A stretch of DNA of 64,000 nucleotides from a virus (IMGVR_UViG_3300035698_019136:35573-99572); one strand, 5' to 3'. Positions 18,360 to 27,231 are shown, counted from the stretch's first letter. Program-made: numbers and translations. Notes: a model not told the origin generated them from the sequence alone.

Positions 18360-18935
18360 ATGGAAACTACTGATATAAAAAAACTAAAAGAAGTAAGCAA
18401 GGCATCAGCAACTAGAATACAAAACAATGGAATACTAGAAAATGTATATATTGATACAAATAAAACTCTAGTCAACAATAATATAGTAGATAGTGGACCA
18501 GGCGAAGCACTAGCTATAGGATGCGATGGACATATATTAGCTATGACGTCCATTGAGGTTGAAATTAATGGCAGTAGTAATGTCCAGATTCCAGCAGTAT
18601 TATTGGGAAAGTTTAAAGAGAGTAAAAATGGGGCAAATAACATAAGCATAACCCCGGATGACACTCGGCCGAATGATAGGAAAATTAGTATATTAAATAA
18701 AGAAGGCTGTCGGACTATACCATTAGATTATTTCGGAGAGTTTCCAGATTATGAAAAGGCAGTACCATCAGCTGATGGAGTTGTAAAAATTGGGTTAAAT
18801 GTTACTGTATTGAAAAAACTTCTCAGTTGCTTTAGCAAAGATGAAGTTATAACATTGTATGTCAAGGATGAGAGATCCCCGGTGTTAGTTACCGGGCAAG
18901 AAAAAACTGGTGTTATAATGCCTTGTAAAATATAA
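18360..18935 (+). CDS. hypothetical protein
   Basis: 191-aa ORF after the cassette TAAACTTATAAAAATAGGAGA. Confidence 0.4.
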   Translation: METTDIKKLKEVSKASATRIQNNGILENVYIDTNKTLVNNNIVDSGPGEALAIGCDGHILAMTSIEVEINGSSNVQIPAVLLGKFKESKNGANNISITPDDTRPNDRKISILNKEGCRTIPLDYFGEFPDYEKAVPSADGVVKIGLNVTVLKKLLSCFSKDEVITLYVKDERSPVLVTGQEKTGVIMPCKI

Positions 18936-18959
18936 ACTTATAAAAATAGGAGAGAGATT
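18933..18959 (+). promoter_or_regulatory. conserved intergenic cassette TAAACTTATAAAAATAGGAGAGAGATT
   Basis: The identical element recurs at 19399-19424. Confidence 0.5.
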
Positions 18960-19400
18960 ATGGACAAAGTAATAAATATAGGGAAACAATCAACATATGG
19001 TGGCAGGAAATATAATGTATACTGTCATATAAAGTACAATGCTTGCAGGTTATCAATTTCAGGAGTGGAAGGACCTCTAATAAGTGGAAGAGCTTTGGGT
19101 AGTTGCGGGCAAATTATAGACGGTTGCTATTGGGATATAATTGAGCTAGACAAGGACTGGACTCCTAACATGCTAAAGAATTTCCTGGAAATATGGGATA
19201 AATGGCATTTAAACGATATGCATGCTGAATGTGAGCATCAAGAGGCGTTAGGAATTACATGTAGAACAGATCCTTGTGCAACTTGTCCTGTTTGTGGTTA
19301 TAAGTTAGGTAGTGGATGGACTGTCAGAGAAGTTCCTCAAGATGTAATTGACTTTCTCTTTTCCCTTCCTCTATCAACTAAAACACCAGATTGGTTTTAA
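18960..19400 (+). CDS. Cys-rich protein
   Basis: Multiple Cys/His: CHIKYNAC, CGQIIDGC, CATCPVCGYK. Confidence 0.4.
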   Translation: MDKVINIGKQSTYGGRKYNVYCHIKYNACRLSISGVEGPLISGRALGSCGQIIDGCYWDIIELDKDWTPNMLKNFLEIWDKWHLNDMHAECEHQEALGITCRTDPCATCPVCGYKLGSGWTVREVPQDVIDFLFSLPLSTKTPDWF

Positions 19401-19424
19401 ACTTATAAAAATAGGAGAGAGATC

Positions 19425-19601
19425 ATGAAATGGAAATTGACATATTATGAGTGGTATTTAAGAGAATCAGCAACAATTTACTTGTCAAGCAAAGGAGGAG
19501 TACTGAAGTTTATTGAGGAAAAGGGAGAGGGGCAAATAATGTCGTATACTGAGGTGGATGGAGATATAGAACCTTATGAATTCCAAAAAGAGGAGATATA
19601 A
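19425..19601 (+). CDS. hypothetical small protein
   Basis: 58-aa ORF after the cassette; not in the track. Confidence 0.3.
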   Translation: MKWKLTYYEWYLRESATIYLSSKGGVLKFIEEKGEGQIMSYTEVDGDIEPYEFQKEEI

Positions 19602-19604
19602 ATA

Positions 19605-20273
19605 ATGATTGATATAGATAACTTAGTTATCGAGGTCACAAGACGATGCAATATGTTATGTCCTCATTGTTTGAGGGGAGATCAACAGGAGAAAGATATA
19701 TCTTTTGAGGTATTACAAAAGATAGCTGACACGTTTGGTTATATTTCCACTATTGCATTTACTGGAGGGGAACCTTCTCTCAACTCCTGGGCAATAGATA
19801 AATTTATTGATTTATGCCGAAGTCAAGAAGTCGGTATAGGTAGCTTCTATATTGCTACTAATGGCAAAAAATATTCAGATAGATTTTTAAAATCATTAAT
19901 GAATCTATGGATATACTGTGATGATAACGAAGTAAGTCAAGTTACAGTGTCAAGATCGGACTTTCACGAAGATCAAGACGAAAGAGAAATCGAGAAAATC
20001 AAATGTTTTCGATTTGTAGATGAAAGAGAAAACCTCACAGAAAAGTATTTAATTGCCGAGGGTAGAGCGTTAGATAACTTTTATTGTAGAATAAATCGGG
20101 AACCTGATAAATTCGAGATAGAAGATGACCAGATTATTGGTGGTTCGCTATATATAACAGTTGATGGTGATATTATACCAGGCTGTGATTTTAGCTATGA
20201 TAGGATGGAGGAGGAAAAGGTAGGTAATATTTTAAAAGATGATATTATGGAAGTATTACCAATAGAAAACTAA
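19605..20273 (+). CDS. radical SAM enzyme (small, about 220 aa; NrdG/QueE-size class)
   Basis: CNMLCPHC (CxxxCxxC) near the N-terminus and a glycine-rich FTGGEPSL SAM-binding motif. Confidence 0.7.
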   Translation: MIDIDNLVIEVTRRCNMLCPHCLRGDQQEKDISFEVLQKIADTFGYISTIAFTGGEPSLNSWAIDKFIDLCRSQEVGIGSFYIATNGKKYSDRFLKSLMNLWIYCDDNEVSQVTVSRSDFHEDQDEREIEKIKCFRFVDERENLTEKYLIAEGRALDNFYCRINREPDKFEIEDDQIIGGSLYITVDGDIIPGCDFSYDRMEEEKVGNILKDDIMEVLPIEN

Positions 20274-20299
20274 ACCATAAAACAAGGGAGGTATAAATC
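20271..20299 (+). promoter_or_regulatory. conserved intergenic cassette TAAACCATAAAACAAGGGAGG
   Basis: Starts with the stop codon of the radical SAM gene. Confidence 0.5.
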
Positions 20300-20911
20300 A
20301 TGAGACAAGAAACAATTAATTTATACAAATTTGATGAATTATTAAAAGAATCTCAAGAGAAAGTTCTGGAAAGAATGGCCGATATCAATGTGGATTTCAA
20401 CTGGTGGGATTTCGAGGATGCAGAAACAATAGGATCTATAATGGGGATTGAAATAGATGACATTTATTTCAATGGGTTTGGTTCCCAGGGAGATGGGGCT
20501 TATTTTGAAGGGAATTATGAATATAGAAAAGGAAGTGTGAAAAAATTAAAGGCTTATGCTCCTGTAGATAGGGAATTACATAGAATCGTTGAAAGTCTTT
20601 TCAAATTGCAGAAAAGTAATCGATATAGGTTGCAAGCAATAATTAAACACAAAGGACATTTTCACAATGAAAATAGTACAGAAATAGAAGTATATCAATA
20701 TCAGGATAGTTATGGAGATCAATTCCTTATAAGATCGGGGCATTTTTCTTGTAATTATGAAGAGTTAAGAGAGCTGCTGCGGGATTTTATGCGATGGATA
20801 TATAAGCAGCTAGAAAAACAATATGAATATTTGACAAGCAAGGAAGGTATCATTGAAACGATAAAATCTAATGGTTATGAATTCCAGGCCAATGGCACTT
20901 TAGGCTATTAA
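20300..20911 (+). CDS. hypothetical protein
   Basis: 203-aa ORF. Confidence 0.4.
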   Translation: MRQETINLYKFDELLKESQEKVLERMADINVDFNWWDFEDAETIGSIMGIEIDDIYFNGFGSQGDGAYFEGNYEYRKGSVKKLKAYAPVDRELHRIVESLFKLQKSNRYRLQAIIKHKGHFHNENSTEIEVYQYQDSYGDQFLIRSGHFSCNYEELRELLRDFMRWIYKQLEKQYEYLTSKEGIIETIKSNGYEFQANGTLGY

Positions 20912-20935
20912 ACCATAAAACAAGGGGAGTATATT
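20909..20935 (+). promoter_or_regulatory. conserved intergenic cassette TAAACCATAAAACAAGGGGAG
   Basis: Same element as at 17583 and 20271. Confidence 0.5.
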
Positions 20936-21205
20936 ATGGGAAAGCAGACGTTTAGAGAGGGTGAGGCCTCACATTTTAATTCCTTGATAGGGCCGTGGGT
21001 TGAAAAGAACGGGTTAAAAGTAGATTGGAAGTTTAGAGAAGGAAGAGGAAGATGGAACAAGGGTAAAACAATAAGCTATTTTGTTATAACAGGGAAAGAT
21101 TATTATGGGGAATGGGGAAGTGATGCAATTGTAGAATTGAACGGGTTAGTAAATTCTTTCGGTGTTGATTATAGAGTAATAGGAAATTCTGTAATAGTGG
21201 AGTAA
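20936..21205 (+). CDS. hypothetical protein
   Basis: 89-aa ORF. Confidence 0.35.
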   Translation: MGKQTFREGEASHFNSLIGPWVEKNGLKVDWKFREGRGRWNKGKTISYFVITGKDYYGEWGSDAIVELNGLVNSFGVDYRVIGNSVIVE

Positions 21206-21237
21206 AGCCTAACTAAAAACAAGGGGAGGATAAGATC
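21206..21237 (+). promoter_or_regulatory. cassette variant CTAACTAAAAACAAGGGGAGGATAAGATC
   Basis: Variant family shared with 21403-21429. Confidence 0.45.
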
Positions 21238-21405
21238 ATGGATATAATCAACAAAACAGCACGTTATATATACTCATTTTATGGCAGTCAAGATTATGGA
21301 GAAAAGGTTAGTGAATATAGTAGTCTATTGGCTTTTATAATAAATGAGAGGGAGGACATAATTAAAAAAGTGTTGACATATACAATTGAACAATATAACA
21401 TCTAA
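21238..21405 (+). CDS. hypothetical small protein
   Basis: 55-aa ORF not in the track. Confidence 0.3.
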   Translation: MDIINKTARYIYSFYGSQDYGEKVSEYSSLLAFIINEREDIIKKVLTYTIEQYNI

Positions 21406-21429
21406 TTAAAAACAAGGGGGGATAAGATT

Positions 21430-21750
21430 ATGAAAAAACAAGAATATAAAGACTACCAAGAGAAAGTAAGCAAGTTTTTTAAACGTGAAGGGATCAACAA
21501 TCTATCTCTTGCAGTGTCAGAAGATGACACAATTTGTCCAGGTTGTGATAATGAGCAAAGCTTTGAGCCTTCATTTAGTTATTGGCCTTGCGATTGCTGT
21601 AATAGGGATCTTGGAGGCGATCGTTATCACTGCTCTGGTTATAACCCGGAAACTGAAGAGATTTATTGTTATTATGTATGCCCAGATTGTCTATATTATG
21701 CTGAGTACGGGATGCTTGATGATATGACTATGATGGAAATGGAAGAATAA
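21430..21750 (+). CDS. Cys-rich protein (MKKQEY...)
   Basis: CPGCDN...CDCCN...CPDC motifs. Confidence 0.4.
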   Translation: MKKQEYKDYQEKVSKFFKREGINNLSLAVSEDDTICPGCDNEQSFEPSFSYWPCDCCNRDLGGDRYHCSGYNPETEEIYCYYVCPDCLYYAEYGMLDDMTMMEMEE

Positions 21751-21779
21751 CTAACTAAAAGGAAAGGGAGGACAAGATT
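21748..21779 (+). promoter_or_regulatory. cassette variant TAACTAACTAAAAGGAAAGGGAGGACAAGATT
   Basis: Repeated almost exactly at 21942-21975. Confidence 0.45.
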
Positions 21780-21941
21780 ATGACATTAGTACAATTCATA
21801 AGGGAGAATAGAGAAGAGATTGACAAGGGGATTAAAAGGGTAGTACCTAACTGTAAGTTGAATGATGGAGAAAGGAGGGAATGGGTGATGAATGACGAAG
21901 GACTCTATAATTGGGCAAGAAGTGAGGGAGTGAAGATATAG
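21780..21941 (+). CDS. hypothetical small protein
   Basis: 53-aa ORF not in the track. Confidence 0.3.
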   Translation: MTLVQFIRENREEIDKGIKRVVPNCKLNDGERREWVMNDEGLYNWARSEGVKI

Positions 21942-21975
21942 GGTAACTAACTAAAAGGAAAGGGAGGATAAGATT

Positions 21976-22143
21976 ATGAAAAAACAAGAATGGAATAAAG
22001 AATTCGAGCCAAACGAAATTGACCTAGAGGAAATTGCACATGCAATAACTGAAGAGTGTACAAGTGGTCGCTTGGATTGTGAGGGAAGGTATATTTATTG
22101 GGAATTAAAAATGAATACTTGGACTAAAGAGGAAGGGAAATAA
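21976..22143 (+). CDS. hypothetical small protein (MKKQEW..., CxxxxxxC)
   Basis: 55-aa ORF with the same MKKQE start as 21430. Confidence 0.3.
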   Translation: MKKQEWNKEFEPNEIDLEEIAHAITEECTSGRLDCEGRYIYWELKMNTWTKEEGK

Positions 22144-22594
22144 AGATAAGCAGTATAGAAAAAGTTCTTTACTATTTGTTAAAAATACTATATAATAGAT
22201 ATATAGGGTATAGAACAAGAGAACATAATACAAATATTAAAATGTATGAATAGAGGAGGTATAAAATGAAGTAGAACAAAGCTAAGAAGTATTGGGGAAT
22301 AGAATGTATATAGGAGTGCTAGAATTAAGTTTTTAGCACTCTTATTTGTTGATATGTGCTATATAGGCGATAAAATAAATTATAGACTATAGAGGGAGAG
22401 TATGGAGTCATGACTTGATAAGAGTCAAGATATAATATATAATAGATATATAGAGTGCAAAAATACAGGGTATTATAATAAGAGTAGAGGACAACATGAA
22501 CAGAAAAATGAGCGAACTTCTTAAACCTTTTTTAAACAAAGGCTCTAATAAGAGTATTATAGCACTACAATGATACTACAATAGGAGTGTAATA

Positions 22595-22795
22595 ATGGGT
22601 AGATCAATAAAGGGTAATTGGGAATACAAGGGAGACAGAGAAGTATACACAAACAGGGTACTACACTATATTTTAACTAATGGCCTACAACTAAGTGATT
22701 TCCTCAGAGATATAAAGTATAAGGGTGTCATATTACCAGACAAATTAGTTACGGGCCTTTATGAGAGATTGACAGCTAATCCACTAAATGAATAG
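22595..22795 (+). CDS. hypothetical protein, tandem paralog 1 (WEYKGDRE-YTNRV-HYI)
   Basis: About 70% identical to the next ORF. Confidence 0.4.
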   Translation: MGRSIKGNWEYKGDREVYTNRVLHYILTNGLQLSDFLRDIKYKGVILPDKLVTGLYERLTANPLNE

Positions 22796-23012
22796 GAGTG
22801 CAATAATGGGGAAACCAAAAGAGAAAATACATAAGAGTGACTGGGAATACAAGGGAGATAGGGAAGAGTATACAAACAGGGTTATGCATTATATTATAGC
22901 TAATGGCTTGCAATTAGGGAAGTTCTTAGCTGATATAGAATATAAGGGTATTATATTGCCAGACAAATTGATCAAGGGTATCAAGGCCAGGCTATCATCT
23001 AACCCTTTATAA
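22788..23012 (+). CDS. hypothetical protein, tandem paralog 2
   Basis: Paralog of 22595-22795; also shares the upstream AATAGGAGTG(T/C)AATAATGG. Confidence 0.4.
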   Translation: MNRSAIMGKPKEKIHKSDWEYKGDREEYTNRVMHYIIANGLQLGKFLADIEYKGIILPDKLIKGIKARLSSNPL

Positions 23013-23085
23013 ATTCCAGGTCTCTCAGGCTCCTGGTCTCTCAGGCTCCAAGTCTTGCGGGACGGGCAAAGTCTGGAGGACTGAG
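23013..23085 (+). other. GC-rich structured element with direct repeat GGTCTCTCAGGCTCC x2 (terminator/RNA element candidate)
   Basis: A locally GC-rich segment in an AT-rich genome, immediately after the paralog pair. Confidence 0.35.
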
Positions 23086-23090
23086 AGGTA

Positions 23091-23107
23091 TTGATAGGTA
23101 TGATAGG
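23091..23107. repeat. inverted-repeat arm TGATAGGTATGATAGGT (partner at 16835-16851)
   Basis: Exact reverse complement of ACCTATCATACCTATCA at 16835-16851. Confidence 0.8.
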
Positions 23108-23510
23108 TAGCCCTACCCTAGTGGAAAAAATTAATTTTTTTGTAGTGGTTCAGTACCTAGCTCTTAATTATAACCAAATTTTTAGGCCATTTTCTATAAG
23201 TACATGAGATTATTAGACTTTTATGCCTCACAAAAACTTAATAGATTCATAGGAGATAAGTTATGATAGCACCAGGAATAATAGTAGCGATATTAGTAAC
23301 AGTGATAGGAATAGCAATGATAGTTGCATTTAATAAAGAATAGAAAAGAGGTTGTATAAATGAGTATAGTTAGTAAAAAAGTGTGGGGTTTTTTGGACTT
23401 TGGGTATAGATAAGTATAGTTGAGTATAAGAACTAGTAAAAAAACATCAGTTTGCTATAAAAAACAGTCTTAAATATGTAATTTTATTAAATAAAAAGGG
23501 GTGATACAAA

Positions 23511-24599
23511 TTGAGAAAATATAAGAACCATGAAGACATTAGAGAGTACTTCAAAGGTTGCATTGATGAGAACACTAAGATAGATAAAAACATGGGAATG
23601 GTGTGGGGCATATGTGCATTCAGGCCAGAAAGCTTAAATAACAGAATATACAAGCCCAAAGCTGTTAATGCGATAAAAAGTTTAATGGATGGATGTAAAT
23701 GTTTTATGGATCATGGAGATTGTTTTTCAGGCCAAAGTCTGGAGAACTTAACCGGAATATTGCACAAGCCAAGAAAGCATAATGGAGGTATTTACGCAGA
23801 TCTTGAGATATTAGATAATGCAAAATGCAGGAATATGTTTTTTGAGATGGCAGAAAATCATCCTTCCTCTACGGGATTTTCGATATCTGCCAGAGGAGTA
23901 TTTGCAGAAGAAAAGGATGATCAAGGCAGAGAGCAAGTAGAAGATATTACAAATCTTTGGAGTACTGACTGGGTAGATTCCCCGGCCACTACTTCTGGTA
24001 TGTTTGAAAAAAAAGAAACCAATATAAATAAAAACTCAGGAGGTGATACAAGAATGGATAAGATATTAATGTATTTAGAAGGCAAAATTAAAGTGAAAGG
24101 TTTGACTGAGGATGGCCAAGAGCAAGCGGTCATTAAGTATATAGAGGACTTGGAAGAATCTGACTATACCATTAATGAGTCTTTGAAATCTGTTAAAGAA
24201 GATAATGAGTCTTTAAAGGCAGAGAATGCTAAAATTACAAAAGAGTTTGGAGATACTAAAGATAAGCTGATTACAGCTACAGGTAAACTTCAAATTCACG
24301 AAGATGAAAATACTAAAAAAGAAACTCTAAAAAGTAGAAAAGAGTTGATTGCAAAAGTATTAGTAGAAGAGAAATTAGAAATTAAAGAGATTTCTGAAAA
24401 AATGAATAAAATATTCCATAGTTTTTCAGAGGCAGAAGCTGAAGATCAGATTCGGGAATTGGTTAAGCTGCAAAAGACTAAACTGAATCCTGATATGGAT
24501 AACGGTGATGAACATATAAATGAGTCAAATTCTGGAGATAAAAAGAAATTGACTGACGAGGAAGCTAGACTAAAACTCCAGGAAGCTTTAGAATACTAA
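23511..24599 (+). CDS. prohead protease (HK97 S78-like) fused to coiled-coil scaffold-like domain
   Basis: N-terminal motifs FMDHGD, HPSSTGFSISARG and LWSTDWVDSPA resemble the His/Ser/EVSLV-PA motifs. The C-terminal half is a K/E-rich coiled coil. The gene sits just upstream of the capsid gene. Confidence 0.5.
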   Translation: MRKYKNHEDIREYFKGCIDENTKIDKNMGMVWGICAFRPESLNNRIYKPKAVNAIKSLMDGCKCFMDHGDCFSGQSLENLTGILHKPRKHNGGIYADLEILDNAKCRNMFFEMAENHPSSTGFSISARGVFAEEKDDQGREQVEDITNLWSTDWVDSPATTSGMFEKKETNINKNSGGDTRMDKILMYLEGKIKVKGLTEDGQEQAVIKYIEDLEESDYTINESLKSVKEDNESLKAENAKITKEFGDTKDKLITATGKLQIHEDENTKKETLKSRKELIAKVLVEEKLEIKEISEKMNKIFHSFSEAEAEDQIRELVKLQKTKLNPDMDNGDEHINESNSGDKKKLTDEEARLKLQEALEY

Positions 24600-24640
24600 G
24601 CTCTTGGGTTATAATATATTTGAGGAGGTGTTAAAAAATA

Positions 24641-25192
24641 ATGAGTAAAGGAAATAAAACAGGTAAGAATACTTATTTGCGAGGAAACACCGAGCAAGTG
24701 ACTGTTCCTGTGGATACAGAAAAAACAAATGAAGCTGATGAAATTGCTATCGGTGATATGGTGTATCTTAATAGAGCACTGAGAACCGCTTCAGCTAATC
24801 GTTATAAAGCTCGTCCTATGTCTCATTTAGTGGCTGCTAGTATTGATGATCGAGGAGCCCATTTCTTGGGAGTATCAATGGATCAGTCTAAAGATGGTGA
24901 CAGTGACGAGATTCTGGTTTATACCAATGGGGTGTTTGAGTTTGATCTAGATTCCAGTTCGACTGTGTATGTAGGTGAGCCTGCTCAGCTCCAGGTTGCT
25001 GGTGAGGGTGATGGTTCTACTTCTTTAGATTGCTTTCATACTTTACCTACAGTTACTATTCCTACTGGTGCTGGTAGGGTTATAGGTACAGTAGTTAAAT
25101 ATGGTACTTCTCAGACAACTGCTGAAGTAGCGATTCACAGTAATATAATGCATGGTTCCTATGATTCTAATTATTATGGGGATACTGGTTAA
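24641..25192 (+). CDS. hypothetical structural protein (decoration/scaffold candidate), Ser/Thr/Gly-rich
   Basis: Lies between the protease/scaffold and major capsid genes. Confidence 0.35.
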   Translation: MSKGNKTGKNTYLRGNTEQVTVPVDTEKTNEADEIAIGDMVYLNRALRTASANRYKARPMSHLVAASIDDRGAHFLGVSMDQSKDGDSDEILVYTNGVFEFDLDSSSTVYVGEPAQLQVAGEGDGSTSLDCFHTLPTVTIPTGAGRVIGTVVKYGTSQTTAEVAIHSNIMHGSYDSNYYGDTG

Positions 25193-25230
25193 ATAATATT
25201 TTAAATTAATATACTGGAGGTGACAAAAGA

Positions 25231-26271
25231 ATGAAAGAGATTTTCGAAGCTGGAATGGATTTTAATCAGCTGAAAAGAAAGGTTCAAGAGATTGGTGATC
25301 CCGATCAAGCTTGTAAGGTTATTATAGAAGATATCAATTCGGGCAAACTTCCTGTGAATAAATGTTCTATCAGGGATATGTTTGAAGCGTTGACTACTTC
25401 TACTTTTCCCAAGGCTGTAGGTGCTCTTATTAATAAGAGTGTTATGTCCGGTTATGATTCTGTTGATACTATTGGTGATCAGTTAGTAGAAATTGTTCCG
25501 AGTAATAAGATGACTGAGACAGTTGTTGGTTTTGATGAGGTTGATACTCCTGATATCGTATTGGAAGGTATGCCTTATGGAGAAACTGGATTCGGTGAAA
25601 AATATGTAACCATGAAGAACATCAAACGTGGTCGTATTATATCTATTACTGAGGAAACAATTAAATTTGACCAGACAGGTCAGGTTATTCAGAAAGCTAA
25701 ATTAATCGGTGAAAAGTCCGCATTGAAAAGAGAGCAACTGATTGTTGAGGGTGTTATTGATAAAAATAGTACTGTCTATAAACCTGGTGGTATTGCCACA
25801 GCATTGTACCGAACAGGTACTCCTGCGAATAGTGTTACTACAGTTCTTGGTGAGGCTGGATTGGATGCTGTTGAGGCTTTAGTTGCTGCTATGACAGATG
25901 GTAATGGTGATAAGATTATGATAAATCAGGGTAATATGATAATCCTTACTGGACAAACATTGAAGAGACAGGCATGGGAACTTATGAATTCCCCTATGAC
26001 TTCTGAATCTGCTGATGGAGCGAAGAGTTATTTCAAGGGTATGTATACTCAGAAATATTCTCCGTTTATAACCAGTGCGACTAATTATTTTATCGGTGAT
26101 TTCAAAAAGGATTTTTGGTGGACTGAAGTTTATCCACTGCAACTCATGAAAAGAAAGATGATCGATACAGATGAGGGTTTTAAAAGGGATATTATTGCTC
26201 AGTTTAAAGCAAGATTTTATGGTACGATAGGCGCTGTTGATTATAAACATAGTTTTAAGGGCGGTGCTTAA
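25231..26271 (+). CDS. major capsid protein (HK97-fold candidate)
   Basis: 346 aa, downstream of the protease/scaffold, followed by a terminator-like hairpin. The composition is typical of a major capsid protein. Confidence 0.55.
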   Translation: MKEIFEAGMDFNQLKRKVQEIGDPDQACKVIIEDINSGKLPVNKCSIRDMFEALTTSTFPKAVGALINKSVMSGYDSVDTIGDQLVEIVPSNKMTETVVGFDEVDTPDIVLEGMPYGETGFGEKYVTMKNIKRGRIISITEETIKFDQTGQVIQKAKLIGEKSALKREQLIVEGVIDKNSTVYKPGGIATALYRTGTPANSVTTVLGEAGLDAVEALVAAMTDGNGDKIMINQGNMIILTGQTLKRQAWELMNSPMTSESADGAKSYFKGMYTQKYSPFITSATNYFIGDFKKDFWWTEVYPLQLMKRKMIDTDEGFKRDIIAQFKARFYGTIGAVDYKHSFKGGA

Positions 26272-26281
26272 TATATAAATC

Positions 26282-26330
26282 CTGAGATGGGGTGTGAGAA
26301 GGCTTTCCCGTTTCTCTCCCCTCCATCTCT
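26282..26330 (+). terminator. imperfect inverted repeat GAGATGGGG...CCCCTCCATCTC after the capsid gene
   Basis: GC-rich dyad directly after the stop codon, followed by a T-rich tract. Confidence 0.35.
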
Positions 26331-26366
26331 CCTCCCTTTATTTAATACTTAGGAGGTGAATGAGGA

Positions 26367-26726
26367 ATGGGAAGAGGAACGAAACATAGATATGGAGTTA
26401 AGAATATGTATTCTTATGCTTCACAAGATGTAGGCAGAGTTCTAAGCTGGGCAGCTGGAACTGTTGCTGTAACAGGTTCAAGAGATGTTGATACGGGTTT
26501 GACACTACTTGTTTCAGGAGGAGCTAATGTAGCTAATATTAACAAATTACTTTATGGCACTCATGCTCCTTTTTTTGCATCAGTTAGAATACCTAAACCA
26601 GCAGGTCCAACTCCACATGCTTCTAAAGGAGCTGGATTTATGAAGATTATATGTAATACTTCGACAGCTTCTGTTGAAGCCGAAACTGCTGCTTCTGTTG
26701 ATTGGCATGCTATTGGTGAAAAATAA
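26367..26726 (+). CDS. hypothetical protein (Gly/Ala/Thr-rich)
   Basis: ORF with AGGAGG RBS. Confidence 0.35.
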   Translation: MGRGTKHRYGVKNMYSYASQDVGRVLSWAAGTVAVTGSRDVDTGLTLLVSGGANVANINKLLYGTHAPFFASVRIPKPAGPTPHASKGAGFMKIICNTSTASVEAETAASVDWHAIGEK

Positions 26727-26850
26727 TAAAAACTAGAGTTATGAATCTAATTAAAAATATGAAAAAGGAATACTATAAAATCTATTTGCTCCCTTACAAC
26801 GGGCTGGTGAAAGAATATAGTATTCCTTTTTTATTAAAAAGGAATCTAAA

Positions 26851-27231
26851 ATGAAAACAATATGTGTAGTACATTCAAGAGGTTTAAGAGATAAGGCAAT
26901 TAGATTTGCAGAGGAATTACGGAATGATGATGGGTTAGTATGTGTATTAAGTAAGAAAGTTAAGATCAAAGATAGTAATGGAAAGTTTCTTTCAGAATTA
27001 GATATAATAAGTCAAAAAATAGAGGTGATATCAGGATCTGATGAAATTCAGATATTGTGGGATGGGGAATGCTCAGAAGTTCCATTGATGGTTGGAGCAG
27101 CATTGGCTTTAAAGAAAAAAGTGAGCACTTCTTATGTAGCACCTGTTAGCGTGAAAAAGTATCTATGGGAAACTAGAGTAAGGAAGGAGAAAAATAATGA
27201 GGTATCAAGAGCTTCTAAAAAAGATAGCTGA
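26851..27231 (+). CDS. hypothetical protein
   Basis: 126-aa ORF. Confidence 0.3.
   Translation: MKTICVVHSRGLRDKAIRFAEELRNDDGLVCVLSKKVKIKDSNGKFLSELDIISQKIEVISGSDEIQILWDGECSEVPLMVGAALALKKKVSTSYVAPVSVKKYLWETRVRKEKNNEVSRASKKDS

Noticed and set aside
21485-21727. Hydrophobic 80-aa ORF overlapping 21430-21750 in another frame
   Set aside because: It is fully nested in the Cys-rich gene that carries the conserved upstream cassette and ATG context. The nested ORF has neither.
23013-23110. tRNA or attP core in the GC-rich element
   Set aside because: No acceptor or T-arm cloverleaf could be folded by eye. No integrase gene is present in the window.
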